Of a stretch of DNA of 64,000 bases, positions 29,767-39,790 are shown piece after piece. Location of the stretch: the IMG/VR virus record IMGVR_UViG_3300044695_004134, positions 32,001-96,000 of that record. One strand, 5' to 3'. The DNA is from a virus. Made by a program: the position numbers and the translations under genes. How positions within the stretch are numbered: the first letter of the stretch is position 1; each line of letters starts with the position of its first letter. The notes beneath the pieces are model-generated. The model did not search any database. It saw nothing but the letters and a program-made list of their open reading frames with translations, and was not told the origin of the DNA.

Positions 29767-30435
29767 TTACTGTGTAAGTGCTGTCATATACTGAAATTCT
29801 GTCAGTTGTATCAGATCACCTAGGCTACCTTCAGGCATCAAATTGAATGATAAACTTCGCCTTATTTTTCCAGGCTCACCTTTAGGCACAAAGTGTGGCA
29901 AGTGGGATGGAAATAAAACTAATCTACCTTTTTGAGCAGGAATTATAGCATGTTGTGCTGAAAATTCTGTGTTAATATCGACCCTTCGCTTTGGAATTAG
30001 TTGACATACAGCGTTCACACCTGGATGCTTTTCAAAAACTATAGATTGATCTTCATCATACACATCATCAAAATACAAAACACCAGAAATAAAACTGTTC
30101 GGATGTGTATGTGTTCTATGTTCTCTATCCGAAGGTTTTTGATTGATCCATGACAAAACATCAACCATTCCTTTGATATCGTAGCCCATGACTTGGTTGA
30201 CAAGCGTATTACTATTGACGAGAATCGTATTTCGAACGTTTTTCAACTCAGGCATTCTGAGCACCTGTTTATTGTCAGACAAATTCGACCACATCTCACT
30301 GTTGGATTCACCATTCAGAAATTTTTCAGTGAAGGCTGGTGTTACATGTGTGGAAATAAGTGCGGTCTGTTCTGTTGTGGTTAGACTTATATCTTGAACA
30401 AAAATTGCTGTTGGAAAAATAGGAATGACTTGCAT
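29767..30435 (-). CDS. 2OG-Fe(II) oxygenase, TIGR02466-like
   Basis: IFPTAI, SWIN, HTHPNSFISGVLY, LVLFPSHLPHFV, RRSLSFN. Confidence 0.85.
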   Translation of the reverse strand: MQVIPIFPTAIFVQDISLTTTEQTALISTHVTPAFTEKFLNGESNSEMWSNLSDNKQVLRMPELKNVRNTILVNSNTLVNQVMGYDIKGMVDVLSWINQKPSDREHRTHTHPNSFISGVLYFDDVYDEDQSIVFEKHPGVNAVCQLIPKRRVDINTEFSAQHAIIPAQKGRLVLFPSHLPHFVPKGEPGKIRRSLSFNLMPEGSLGDLIQLTEFQYMTALTQ

Positions 30436-31112
30436 TATATGGCGTCTCCATAATTAAAAAATGTTAATTCATTTTGAGAACCGACAGAGTATCTAGGAAC
30501 TACATTGAATGCTAACGAATATCTATTTGAGTTAGTTCTGTTCGTTTCTACCATGTGTTTCAGATAAGATGGAAATAATACCAACTCACCTTGTCTTATA
30601 TCCAATAAAATAGATTCCACAGCAAAAGTTGACTCCGATTTACTTTCTCTCGGTAAAGAAATCGTATTTTGTTTTGCCGCCACTACACCAGGATCACCAA
30701 AAATTATTGGACATTTTTCAACGTTCGCATCAAAGTAGAAAACACCGGAAATGAAGGAATTTGGATGTATGTGTGGAACGTGTTCTTCGCCTGGTGATTT
30801 GATTGATATCCAAGATAACACATCAATATATTCGGGTGCATTATAACCTAAGACCGTATTACCAACAATTTTACAATTGTCGAGTATAAACTTACGTAAA
30901 TCCGCACATTCGGGTTTACGTAACACTTTAACATCATCTGAATGTGAGCCATATAGTTTTTTTACAGGAGCAATTTGCCGAAGTGTTTTGGGGTCAGTAA
31001 AGTTTGATTTAATTGTTTGTGTTCTCAAGAAATTTTGCAGCTTAACATCATCTTTGTATTTGAAAACACAAACGGGTATAGGAAACAATGCATGTACAGT
31101 AAATTCACTCAT
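30435..31112 (-). CDS. 2OG-Fe(II) oxygenase, TIGR02466-like
   Basis: LFPIPV, HIHPNSFISGVFY, LVLFPSYLKHMV, RYSLAFN; likely start MSEFTV. Confidence 0.85.
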   Translation of the reverse strand: MSEFTVHALFPIPVCVFKYKDDVKLQNFLRTQTIKSNFTDPKTLRQIAPVKKLYGSHSDDVKVLRKPECADLRKFILDNCKIVGNTVLGYNAPEYIDVLSWISIKSPGEEHVPHIHPNSFISGVFYFDANVEKCPIIFGDPGVVAAKQNTISLPRESKSESTFAVESILLDIRQGELVLFPSYLKHMVETNRTNSNRYSLAFNVVPRYSVGSQNELTFFNYGDAI

Positions 31113-31113
31113 A

Positions 31114-31695
31114 TCAAAATGCCCATGAAACAAAAGACCAACGTTCACCCTCAGTTACGGTTGTGACTTCATGTGTATACATGAAGGTTGCTGGAAAAAT
31201 TAAAATATCACCAGCCCGAACTTGTATTTTCATATTATCAAACATAATAAATTCTCCTCCGGAATAGTTGTCATTCAAAACACCCACTATGCTAAGAGTC
31301 GGTCTACCAACACCTTTTTCAAAAAGTGATGAAATAGCATCATTGTGCTTAGCCATGTTTGAACCTGGTGTGTATCGATTTATTCTTGGATGGCTCATGT
31401 GTGCATACACGCCTCCCGTTACACCAATTTTATTGTGGTATGAAATTATAGCATTGTTTATAGCATCTATCAATATTTGAGCAGTTTCATCATCAACACC
31501 CTTTACCGACAATTCAGCTTCATCTCTACTATGTTGTTTTAATTTTCCAGTTTCCACATCTGTTGTGGTCCAACTGTGTTGTGACCAGGTATCATCCAGT
31601 TTCTGATTTTCGCTGATTATTTTCTGACAAATTTCGTCATCTAAAAATCCTCGGGCCACATAAATATAGTCAGTTAAATATGGTAAGTTCATCAA
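31114..31695 (-). CDS. 2OG-Fe(II) oxygenase, prolyl-hydroxylase-like
   Basis: RY.PG..M.KHND, LNDNYSGGEF, IFPATFMYTHEV..V..GERWSFVSW. Confidence 0.88.
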   Translation of the reverse strand: MMNLPYLTDYIYVARGFLDDEICQKIISENQKLDDTWSQHSWTTTDVETGKLKQHSRDEAELSVKGVDDETAQILIDAINNAIISYHNKIGVTGGVYAHMSHPRINRYTPGSNMAKHNDAISSLFEKGVGRPTLSIVGVLNDNYSGGEFIMFDNMKIQVRAGDILIFPATFMYTHEVTTVTEGERWSFVSWAF

Positions 31696-31719
31696 TTATC
31701 TCCTCTTCAAAATAAGAAT

Positions 31720-31727
31720 TATAAATA
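31720..31727 (+). promoter_or_regulatory. T4-type late promoter TATAAATA
   Basis: Exact match upstream of the S74-domain fibre gene. Confidence 0.7.
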
Positions 31728-31761
31728 CATAAATATATGTATAACAACATGGAAGTGCAAA

Positions 31762-32937
31762 ATGTCATCAATACTAAAAACGGATAAAGTTTCAGTAACC
31801 AACCCTCTATCATACACAAATGCACCATCGACTCCTGCGGTTTCAGGCACGATTGATATAGAGACTCAAAGTACGATGAGTGCGATTAACAAGAATCAAT
31901 TTTTCGGCAGCAGAATTAGGACTAGAATCTCCAGTGGAATAACTAGCAATGCGGCGCCAGCCGGCGCCAATTGGGCAAGAGGTACGGCAAATGGTGTTTC
32001 CGTTCTTGATTTTTATAGTTCGACTTCAGGTCCAGCTGTATCAACGGCATATGCACATTTATATACTACTACCAGTTCACCTGCGAGTACTGAAAATACA
32101 GATATATCAGCCCAAGTTGGCGCATACGACAATCCATCGTCCGGCCCAATTGGTCAACCTATGGTATACAGTAACCTTCCGACTATAGACTCAGGTTTAG
32201 CTGTGAATAATTTTGGTACGATTGTCAAAAATAGATTGGTAGTGGAAGGAAATGACAATGTTTCTACCGGTGTCAGTGCCATCGGACTTAAAATTGTCAA
32301 CAAAAGTCCTAACCCCGGTTCTGTCAACACGCCACTGGTATATCTACATCATAGAAGTCAATTTCCCACCACTGGTCCATCAGTTTATATGGCGTTTCAA
32401 AATGGACCTACAGAAACTGGTTCCATTTTTACTTCATCCACAACAACAAGTTATTCGACAAGTTCGGATTACAGACTAAAAGAAAATATCAATCCTGTTG
32501 AATCAGGACTCGACATTATTGCGGCACTTAGACCAAGATCGTGGACATGGAAAATAAATAATGAAGAAGATATGGGCTTTATTGCTCATGAAGTTCAAGA
32601 AGATGCGCCACAAATTGCAGGTTCAGTGAGTGGTAAAAAAGATGAAGTCATACGTTTTGGTAAACTAATTGATGCAAACGGTGATGCTAAACTTGCCATG
32701 GAAAGTGATGAGGAGTTACAAGTTCCAGAACCATCCGAAGAAGATGCCGCAAGATATGCCAGCGAAGGTTACACATGGACACACTTCAGAGATGAGCCTC
32801 TCTATCAAGGAATCGACACATCATTTATGGTTGCTCCGCTTGTGTCGGCAGTTAAAGAACTAAAAGCTATTGTTGACCAACAACAAGCGCAAATAACAAC
32901 ACTTGAACAGAGAATTACTGCTCTAGAGACTGCTTAA
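31762..32937 (+). CDS. Fibre/spike protein with C-terminal intramolecular chaperone (peptidase S74) domain
   Basis: TSSDYRLKENI, GFIAHEVQE, LVSAVKELK plus coiled-coil end. Confidence 0.85.
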   Translation: MSSILKTDKVSVTNPLSYTNAPSTPAVSGTIDIETQSTMSAINKNQFFGSRIRTRISSGITSNAAPAGANWARGTANGVSVLDFYSSTSGPAVSTAYAHLYTTTSSPASTENTDISAQVGAYDNPSSGPIGQPMVYSNLPTIDSGLAVNNFGTIVKNRLVVEGNDNVSTGVSAIGLKIVNKSPNPGSVNTPLVYLHHRSQFPTTGPSVYMAFQNGPTETGSIFTSSTTTSYSTSSDYRLKENINPVESGLDIIAALRPRSWTWKINNEEDMGFIAHEVQEDAPQIAGSVSGKKDEVIRFGKLIDANGDAKLAMESDEELQVPEPSEEDAARYASEGYTWTHFRDEPLYQGIDTSFMVAPLVSAVKELKAIVDQQQAQITTLEQRITALETA

Positions 32938-33650
32938 TAAGCCGAAACACTAAATTCATGGATTTCTTTGAATTTAGTGGCCTTCTTTGAAATCGAAACA
33001 TTGAATTCATCCACTCTGAACAATAGTTCGAGTGGATTAATCATTCCCTCACTCATAATTTTATTAAATAGCCTTTTTGCGACACGGCAATCTATGGCAT
33101 ATGCATGTACACCCGCCGCACAAACCCAATTATCATTATGTTGATGGTAAAACATATCTGATAACATGTTTATCGAATTAAATCTAGGGTGCATGAGATC
33201 ATGTCTGTCATGTAAAATTGAATCATGTTCCAGTATTATGACAGGTTTATTGGTCCTTATCGAATAATCCCATGCAGTCATATGATTGAAAATTCTACAC
33301 ACATCAGAATAACTTAAATGTTGTCCGAACAGTTTAACTTGATACGGCCAAGAATTTTCAACAAAACCTATAGGTATTTCTACACAACTAAATGATTCTG
33401 AGTAATAATCCTTTAATGAAATATTTGGAACAAATCTATCTGGATAATAAAAGGACGATACAATAACCGGCTTATAGCCCAAGTTTTCAACCGATTTTTT
33501 AGCTCTCTCCACGTAGGGTCCTGAAATTATCAACACAGTATCTATGACATCCTCAACGACCAAAGGTAAATTCAGTCCATTAACGGCTGTTCTAGTTTTG
33601 AGTATGGCACCACTCTGCACATCCCTCACAAGTGTGTTTATTTTATCCAT
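32934..33650 (-). CDS. Glycosyltransferase family 25-like
   Basis: NHMTAW..KPVIILEHD, GVHAYAID..AKRL. Confidence 0.7.
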   Translation of the reverse strand: MDKINTLVRDVQSGAILKTRTAVNGLNLPLVVEDVIDTVLIISGPYVERAKKSVENLGYKPVIVSSFYYPDRFVPNISLKDYYSESFSCVEIPIGFVENSWPYQVKLFGQHLSYSDVCRIFNHMTAWDYSIRTNKPVIILEHDSILHDRHDLMHPRFNSINMLSDMFYHQHNDNWVCAAGVHAYAIDCRVAKRLFNKIMSEGMINPLELLFRVDEFNVSISKKATKFKEIHEFSVSAY

Positions 33651-35098
33651 AATTTGTCTCCATTATCTTTATTCCATGCAGGTTCTTGCATTACATCACT
33701 ATTTTTAACGATTCGGCTTACACCAGGCACAAAACATGTGGGCTTTCGATGATCGAAATTTTCGATGTCATATCGTTTAAGTGTTTCTGGTCTAATTGTT
33801 GACTCATCAAATGCGTTGGTGTTCTGTGCGGCAAAGAAACCTGATGTAATTATTGCGATATCATTTATGTTGACGAGTGTGTCGTTGGGTTGAGTCAGGC
33901 CTTGATTTATAACTGTAGTCAATAGCTTCTTTGCCGCATATGGATCTATTGCATATGCATGTTGACCCAACTGATACAAGTAGTTTTCATTTGCAACATT
34001 TAAAAATGGAAAATCATTGAAGGTATGCAATTCATTTTCTTTTAAATATTCCTGAAGCATACTTATATTTTGTAATTTTAATTTCGCTATTGCTTCATTT
34101 GTCCAGTACATATGTCCTAGTGTATCGACACAACACAGACCTGGCATTTTTGTATATTTTTTCAGCATCAATGCATCATGTTCGAGAATCACGATTGGTT
34201 TATTAATGCTCACACAATGTGCCCATAAAGCAATGTGACTCATTGCACATGCAATTTCGGAAGGCGACAATAGATGATCCGCAACCTTGATCCACTTGAT
34301 CCATTGCTGATCCTTCAAGTGATCCGGCGTTTTGATAACTTTTCTGTCTGTTCCATCGAAACCTGGAAATAGTTCATACTTCATACCGACAGCATTTAGG
34401 GAATCGACACACCTTGCTGTGCATTTTTCTGAAGTTTCATTTCCCGGAAGAGTGATAACATATGCACAATCTACAATTGTGTCGTAATTATTATATACAC
34501 TCAAGTGAGTATCCGTATTTACCTCAACCAGGTGTTCAACGATTTTTGGTTTTTTGTATATCCAATTATTCTGATAAATGTCAACGTTATCAAGTAACTG
34601 CATAATTGCTTGATGCACTCCATCATGACCTTTTTGGAAAACATCATTACCACATAGATATCCACCTGGCTTAACTTTATCGAACCATGCCATAATGTCT
34701 CTACGCACACCCTCAAGTGTGTGGTCACCATCAATGAAAACGAAATCTAGTGAATCATCCGCATACATTCCTGCAATGTTTGAACTGTCGCCAACTATAG
34801 TGTTCACATATTTTTTTACAGGTTCAATATTGCTTAAATATTCCTGATATAGTGTATCATTTATAATACACGGTAGATTTTGATGTTCTGGTGATCCTTT
34901 AAATGTGTCAACAACGTCAAATTTAATTTTTTTGCCAGAATTTTTAATTTCGACGGCCATAAAGGAAGTTGATTTTCCTTTCCATGCGCCAATTTCAACA
35001 AAATGTGCTCCGTCTTTTGCTGATTTAACCATCTCAGCGTATATGTTTGATTGAGGTGCATCAAACCAACCTTCAATACCCCAATGAAAATATTCCAT
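33638..35098 (-). CDS. SAM methyltransferase (Methyltransf_24-like) fused to GT25-like glycosyltransferase
   Basis: VEIGAWKGKST, DFVFIDGDH, VKPGG; ACAMSHIALW..PIVILEHDA, HAYAIDP.AAKKL. Confidence 0.8.
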   Translation of the reverse strand: MEYFHWGIEGWFDAPQSNIYAEMVKSAKDGAHFVEIGAWKGKSTSFMAVEIKNSGKKIKFDVVDTFKGSPEHQNLPCIINDTLYQEYLSNIEPVKKYVNTIVGDSSNIAGMYADDSLDFVFIDGDHTLEGVRRDIMAWFDKVKPGGYLCGNDVFQKGHDGVHQAIMQLLDNVDIYQNNWIYKKPKIVEHLVEVNTDTHLSVYNNYDTIVDCAYVITLPGNETSEKCTARCVDSLNAVGMKYELFPGFDGTDRKVIKTPDHLKDQQWIKWIKVADHLLSPSEIACAMSHIALWAHCVSINKPIVILEHDALMLKKYTKMPGLCCVDTLGHMYWTNEAIAKLKLQNISMLQEYLKENELHTFNDFPFLNVANENYLYQLGQHAYAIDPYAAKKLLTTVINQGLTQPNDTLVNINDIAIITSGFFAAQNTNAFDESTIRPETLKRYDIENFDHRKPTCFVPGVSRIVKNSDVMQEPAWNKDNGDKLWIK

Positions 35099-35108
35099 AA
35101 TTATCCTA

Positions 35109-35777
35109 TCACTTATTTTTCAAATAAAATTCAATATGCTCTACTAATGTATGTATATGATCTTCGGTCCTCTCAATGAAGATAAGTGGACTTTCATTCT
35201 CAACAGCCATAACAATCACAATCTGGTTGATCGGAACACCAACATGTTCTTCATACATGCCAGAATATGCAGTACACTGTGCAAAATAGTCCTGTATGTC
35301 TTCCTTCTGTTTAATCTTCTTAGAAGTTTTGAAGTCAATTACAGAGAGTACACCGTCCCATTCAGCAATCAAGTCAACACGACCAGCCATACCAATACGT
35401 TCAGACCATAGAGCCTGTTCAATGTAGTGTATATTATTGATTCTTTGCACAGAAGGAATCAGTGTGCGGAACATCTCCACAGCATCCGGCATTTCACGCA
35501 CCCAATCAATCTTTTCGTTCTTTAGGTACCGTTCTGCGAGGTCATGCACACGATTACCACGACCAGTTGCAAGTTTGGAAATACGGTTGGCTTCTACTTC
35601 ACCAACCTTATTTCTCCACTCCATGATTGCTTGTTTCTTCATTGCACCAACAACAGTCGTGACCGATGGCAAGCGTTTACCGCTAGGTGAAGTGTAGTAG
35701 CGTTTGCCGTCAGAGTGTGTTTCCGATTTTAGGTCAGGAAGGACCATTGGTGGGCAATGTGTAAACATATTAATCAA
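35109..35777 (-). CDS. PD-(D/E)XK exonuclease of T4-like phages
   Basis: RYY..P.G..LPSVTTV, RGNRVH, AGRVDLIAE, IDFKTS, Q..AY. Confidence 0.88.
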   Translation of the reverse strand: MINMFTHCPPMVLPDLKSETHSDGKRYYTSPSGKRLPSVTTVVGAMKKQAIMEWRNKVGEVEANRISKLATGRGNRVHDLAERYLKNEKIDWVREMPDAVEMFRTLIPSVQRINNIHYIEQALWSERIGMAGRVDLIAEWDGVLSVIDFKTSKKIKQKEDIQDYFAQCTAYSGMYEEHVGVPINQIVIVMAVENESPLIFIERTEDHIHTLVEHIEFYLKNK

Positions 35778-36111
35778 ATAATTTTAGTGCATCTTCATAT
35801 GTAATATTCAGATTATAATTGGTGGAAAGATATTTGGCAAATACCTGTTTGCTTACGAATTTATTGTATTCGAATTCAAGTTGTTTTCTGAATGCTTCTA
35901 GTTCATACTGTAGCCGCTTTTCTTTTGAAAAAAGGTAAAACAAACCATTAATACCTAATGTTCTCCAAAACTGATTCACGTGAACCTTTTCATGTTCAAG
36001 GAGTGGAATGTTTCCTTTGACCGAAGGTCGTAAAAGTATGATGAAAGCCACAGTGTAACCTGCGAACCTTTTTGGCATCAAGTTCGTGTAGAACACTAGG
36101 TAATTTTTCAT
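35770..36111 (-). CDS. Hypothetical protein with HExxH motif (possible zincin-like)
   Basis: LLEHEKVHVNQ ... ELEAF. Confidence 0.55.
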   Translation of the reverse strand: MKNYLVFYTNLMPKRFAGYTVAFIILLRPSVKGNIPLLEHEKVHVNQFWRTLGINGLFYLFSKEKRLQYELEAFRKQLEFEYNKFVSKQVFAKYLSTNYNLNITYEDALKLFD

Positions 36112-36356
36112 TCTAATTCAACCTCAATTTGTTTGAAACGTTTCTCCTGAATCGTTTCTTCTTTCCAAACCTTCCGTGGATTACCACACATGATACAACC
36201 AGGACGACCACAATCTAATGCATGGTGTTTAGCCAGCTTATGCGGCTCTTTCACTTCAATGCCATGTGACTTCGCAATCTTTACCTGTTTCTTTATAGCC
36301 GTTTCATCAGCATGAATACGTTTGCTGTGTTTGATTTTGTCTCTTTCTGTACTCAT
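36108..36356 (-). CDS. Hypothetical basic protein with Cys cluster
   Basis: CGRPGCIMCGNPRK; overlapping stop/start with neighbours. Confidence 0.6.
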   Translation of the reverse strand: MSTERDKIKHSKRIHADETAIKKQVKIAKSHGIEVKEPHKLAKHHALDCGRPGCIMCGNPRKVWKEETIQEKRFKQIEVELE

Positions 36357-37123
36357 TCTGCATCCTCATATTTTAGTTTGGCGATAATGTAGTCCTTAAC
36401 AAGAGAACTACGGACAATATCATCAACAGTAAATTCAATCTTTGTAAATGCTTTCATGTGATATGCAACATCAAAGAATTTTAGAATACCTGAAACATCA
36501 TTCTTCTTCTTGTTCAAATCTGTTTGGCGGTAATCACCACACCAAATAATCTTTGAACGGTAACCAACACGTGTCATTACAGTGTCAATCTCCTCGAATG
36601 TCATGTTTTGCATTTCATCCACAATAATAATTGCATCATCAAATGACATACCACGAATGAAAGATGTTGAGATAAATTCTACAAAACCTTGTTCAGCCAA
36701 TCTTTGATAACCATCTTTTCTACCAAAAAGTGTATCACAAATTTGAACATATGGTTGTTGATAAATCTCCATCTTCTCCGTTACATCACCTGGTAAGTGA
36801 CCGATTTCTCGACCTTGTACGGCTGAACGTACAATAATAACTTTCTTAAATGGATTATTTTTATCCAGAACTTCTTCTAGTGCCTTGTACAATGCACAAA
36901 AAGTTTTACCTGTACCTGCTACACCATGTAGTGCTAAGAAATAGTCTCCTCTTTTGTATGCATCAAAGAACAATCTTTGATTCTCTGTCAATGGCTCAAA
37001 CGTTTTTAGATGGTCTAGTTTGATTTTTAGTGTATTGTTTATTGCGGGTTGATGTGTATGTGTATATTCATCCATACTAATAACATCATTCCTTTTTTGT
37101 ACCGGAGATTTTCTGCTGGCCAT
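36353..37123 (-). CDS. phoH: PhoH-family ATPase
   Basis: PLTENQ, GVAGTGKT, IGHLPG, SFIRGMSF, IVDEMQN, TRVG, GDYRQTDL, DIVRS. Confidence 0.95.
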   Translation of the reverse strand: MASRKSPVQKRNDVISMDEYTHTHQPAINNTLKIKLDHLKTFEPLTENQRLFFDAYKRGDYFLALHGVAGTGKTFCALYKALEEVLDKNNPFKKVIIVRSAVQGREIGHLPGDVTEKMEIYQQPYVQICDTLFGRKDGYQRLAEQGFVEFISTSFIRGMSFDDAIIIVDEMQNMTFEEIDTVMTRVGYRSKIIWCGDYRQTDLNKKKNDVSGILKFFDVAYHMKAFTKIEFTVDDIVRSSLVKDYIIAKLKYEDAE

Positions 37124-37146
37124 TAATACCTCTTGTTGTTAGTTTA

Positions 37147-37428
37147 TTACCATTCCCTGCCCATTTTCGTTTTGTGAGATTTTGCTAACGTGTTTCCTGG
37201 GACAGTATCCTTAATTCTCTGAATAACCCCTTTCTCGAACGCTGAATCGTAAGACTTGGTTCCTGGAACGCTCATACGAGCCGCATCCGAGAACCTAGGC
37301 AAATCTTCTGGAGCAAAGTACCGCTCCAGATGTGTGTTATCTTCTTTGAATTTATCGTATTCGGATAGTTTAAGAATATGTTCCTCAACTTCACCGGTGT
37401 TTGAGTTTTTGAATGTGTAAGTAGGCAT
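37147..37428 (-). CDS. Conserved T4-like hypothetical protein (MPTY.F family)
   Basis: MPTYTFKNSNTGEVEE N-terminus; adjacent to phoH. Confidence 0.65.
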   Translation of the reverse strand: MPTYTFKNSNTGEVEEHILKLSEYDKFKEDNTHLERYFAPEDLPRFSDAARMSVPGTKSYDSAFEKGVIQRIKDTVPGNTLAKSHKTKMGREW

Positions 37429-38006
37429 TATAAATTAAATACAATTGAAATACGTGGATCGGTTGATTGATTTGGTAACACTTCGTGATATAACCATGCA
37501 GGCCACATCAACAGTAAACCTGGATATGGTTTGTAATCAAAGTGTTTATATGCATACCAGTTTGTTGGATCTTTTACAAGAAACATGTAATCGAAAAAGT
37601 CCCTAAATGGTTGATTAGGTGAAAACCTAATGTCGGCGGAACCCGGTGGAGTTTGCAGATAGAAAATACCAGAAATAGAACACTGTGAGTGTACATGTTT
37701 TCCGTGTGCAGAACCTTCTTGGAAGTAATTCAAGAAAAAATAGGGATTGAAAATAACATTTGATTGATACCCTTGCAGTTCCAAGAATTCACGACCCCTA
37801 CCCATAATGAATTTACAGAATTCAGCATAGTCCGGATGCGTAGGTAAATCCAAATTCATGTTATGCGTAGTCTTACCGTTCGCATAAAAGTCTTGATTCG
37901 ATGGTTGTGTTTCAAAATAGTTCTTTACTTTGGGTAAAAGAACATCAACCCATTCTAGATGGTCTTCTCGACCAACTGTAGATGGGAAAAAATTATCAAG
38001 TATCAT
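37428..38006 (-). CDS. 2OG-Fe(II) oxygenase, TIGR02466-like
   Basis: FFPS, HVHSQCSISGIFY, LLMWPAWLYHEV, RISIVFN; likely start MILDN. Confidence 0.85.
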   Translation of the reverse strand: MILDNFFPSTVGREDHLEWVDVLLPKVKNYFETQPSNQDFYANGKTTHNMNLDLPTHPDYAEFCKFIMGRGREFLELQGYQSNVIFNPYFFLNYFQEGSAHGKHVHSQCSISGIFYLQTPPGSADIRFSPNQPFRDFFDYMFLVKDPTNWYAYKHFDYKPYPGLLLMWPAWLYHEVLPNQSTDPRISIVFNL

Positions 38007-38265
38007 ATGGTAAAAATACCTCAAGTTTTTTAAGTTTAGCCTCGATGGCGACATTTAAATCGTTCTCAGTGATATTTATGTCGGTTTCTTCCATCAGAAC
38101 TTTGATAATTGCTAAAACATCACCGATTTCGGTAATAAGAGACTGTCTATTTGTGATGCCTTGCCATTCACCATGCATTCCAAAACGATTAATTTTAGAT
38201 ACTGCTTGAATCACTTCTGCACATTCTTCTTGAAGTACGGCCATCACCGTTTGTGTATTTCTCAT
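37996..38265 (-). CDS. MazG-like nucleotide pyrophosphohydrolase
   Basis: LQEECAEVIQAVSK..RFG, EIGDVL. Confidence 0.75.
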   Translation of the reverse strand: MRNTQTVMAVLQEECAEVIQAVSKINRFGMHGEWQGITNRQSLITEIGDVLAIIKVLMEETDINITENDLNVAIEAKLKKLEVFLPYDT

Positions 38266-38807
38266 TGTTGATACCATGTAGGGGTTGGACGTGAATTGAT
38301 TTTGCCTTGCCATGTTGCAAAGCCACGTTTTGAAATATTGTAATAGTTGTGATAAGACGCCAATGAATTACCTGGAATTTTTATATCATTTGGCATTGCT
38401 GGTGTCGGTTCAGTGAAGTCACCGATTTTAATTTTGCTTGGAGGGAAACGGAGGGCATCTTTGAGCCTTGCACATGCATGAATCTTACCATAACGAAACG
38501 TGTATTCTTCTAGCAAGTGTAGCCACATGCGATAGAGCCAGTGATAGTTGGACAGATTCATACGGCACCAGATAGCGGAAGGATGATTGATGTGTGATGC
38601 CTTCATCAACTGTTGCTCACGTTCATCATCAAGACACCAACGTTTGATTTTACGACCAGATGATGCATCGATATATTCTTCACCGTCAATCACACGGTGT
38701 GCAGTTGACATGAGTTGGGCGTATTCGATAATCATTTTGACAACGTGTTTTGAGATATGCATCTCAGCACAAGTTTTTGGATGTGGGTCAAGATAGAAGA
38801 TGTTCAT
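38262..38807 (-). CDS. Pyrimidine-dimer DNA glycosylase (DenV-like) family protein
   Basis: MNIFYLD..P..CA..H..KHVVKMIIEYAQLMSTAH, HINHPSAIW, EYTFRYGKIH, AMP. Confidence 0.8.
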   Translation of the reverse strand: MNIFYLDPHPKTCAEMHISKHVVKMIIEYAQLMSTAHRVIDGEEYIDASSGRKIKRWCLDDEREQQLMKASHINHPSAIWCRMNLSNYHWLYRMWLHLLEEYTFRYGKIHACARLKDALRFPPSKIKIGDFTEPTPAMPNDIKIPGNSLASYHNYYNISKRGFATWQGKINSRPTPTWYQQ

Positions 38808-38811
38808 GTTT

Positions 38812-38994
38812 TCACCAATGGCGGATTACGCCTGCAATAATAAAAAAGTTTGTGATGATATACAATAATACAATAAGAGTGCGTATGATGGCAACCTTAT
38901 CGGCTTTGTGGTCATTTGGATGTGCTTTCTCACCCAATGCTTTAGCCCAGAGTGTCCACCAATATTTAAGGTATAATTTAAGTCTGTACCTCAT
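38812..38994 (-). CDS. Small membrane protein
   Basis: WAKALGEKA..ADKVAIIRT..TNFFIIAGVIRHW. Confidence 0.6.
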   Translation of the reverse strand: MRYRLKLYLKYWWTLWAKALGEKAHPNDHKADKVAIIRTLIVLLYIITNFFIIAGVIRHW

Positions 38995-39790
38995 CTACAA
39001 TGTATCCTTTTTCTTTTAGGTTTTCAATATCCATTTCAAAATATGGATACAATATTGTAGCAGGAACCACAGGCGTTGTCAATACCATTTCTTGAATATT
39101 TTCGGGCCATCTTCCTTCCATTTCCATGAATCTCCATTTGTATAGGAAATTAGCCCATGATAGGCCTCTGTATTTGTGTGAACGTGATTGTTCCTCATAA
39201 CGTTCAGTGTGCGGCTCTGGACGTTTTGCAAGATGAACGGATGGTTGCCATACACGACCATGTGCAAAATCATTGATTGAAGATTTTTCTGGTAAGTATT
39301 TTATTGCTCTGAGAAAATAATCACCTTCACCAAAACCATAGTGAAAACGTTCATCCCACATGCCAATCTTCTTTACTGCGTTTGGTTTATATGCACACAC
39401 CATATCACCGGCATCATCGGCATAGAAATCATACTGTTCCATTACTCTGAGCAATCGTGGAATCCAATCGTAGTTCCAAATCGTGTCATCTTGTGCAGTG
39501 ACAACGATATCAGCATCAGGTTCATTTAGATTTTTGAAACCATGAATGAGTGCCGTGTTCCACATACGTGCAAGCATAGCAGTTGCAAAGTCTGGAGTTC
39601 CAGTATTATGAATCACGTTCACATGGTATACATACCGTGGTTCTATTACAAAGTTTGTATGATTATTGATGATGTTAACGTGAATATCGACACCATCGGG
39701 TATATGATTAAAACCTTCAAATAACGTATGAAGATTAATATCCAGGGCTAATGGATCCTGCCACGTTACAATGAAGATTTTAATTTTCAT
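38978..39790 (-). CDS. GT-A fold (family 2-like) glycosyltransferase
   Basis: ARMWN, QDD, KKIGMWDERF..GEGDYFLR. Confidence 0.7.
   Translation of the reverse strand: MKIKIFIVTWQDPLALDINLHTLFEGFNHIPDGVDIHVNIINNHTNFVIEPRYVYHVNVIHNTGTPDFATAMLARMWNTALIHGFKNLNEPDADIVVTAQDDTIWNYDWIPRLLRVMEQYDFYADDAGDMVCAYKPNAVKKIGMWDERFHYGFGEGDYFLRAIKYLPEKSSINDFAHGRVWQPSVHLAKRPEPHTERYEEQSRSHKYRGLSWANFLYKWRFMEMEGRWPENIQEMVLTTPVVPATILYPYFEMDIENLKEKGYIVDEVQT

Noticed and set aside
35109-35777. Cas4 / CRISPR adaptation gene
   Set aside because: Lacks the Cas4 four-cysteine cluster; no cas genes or repeat-spacer array seen; it is the common T4-like exonuclease
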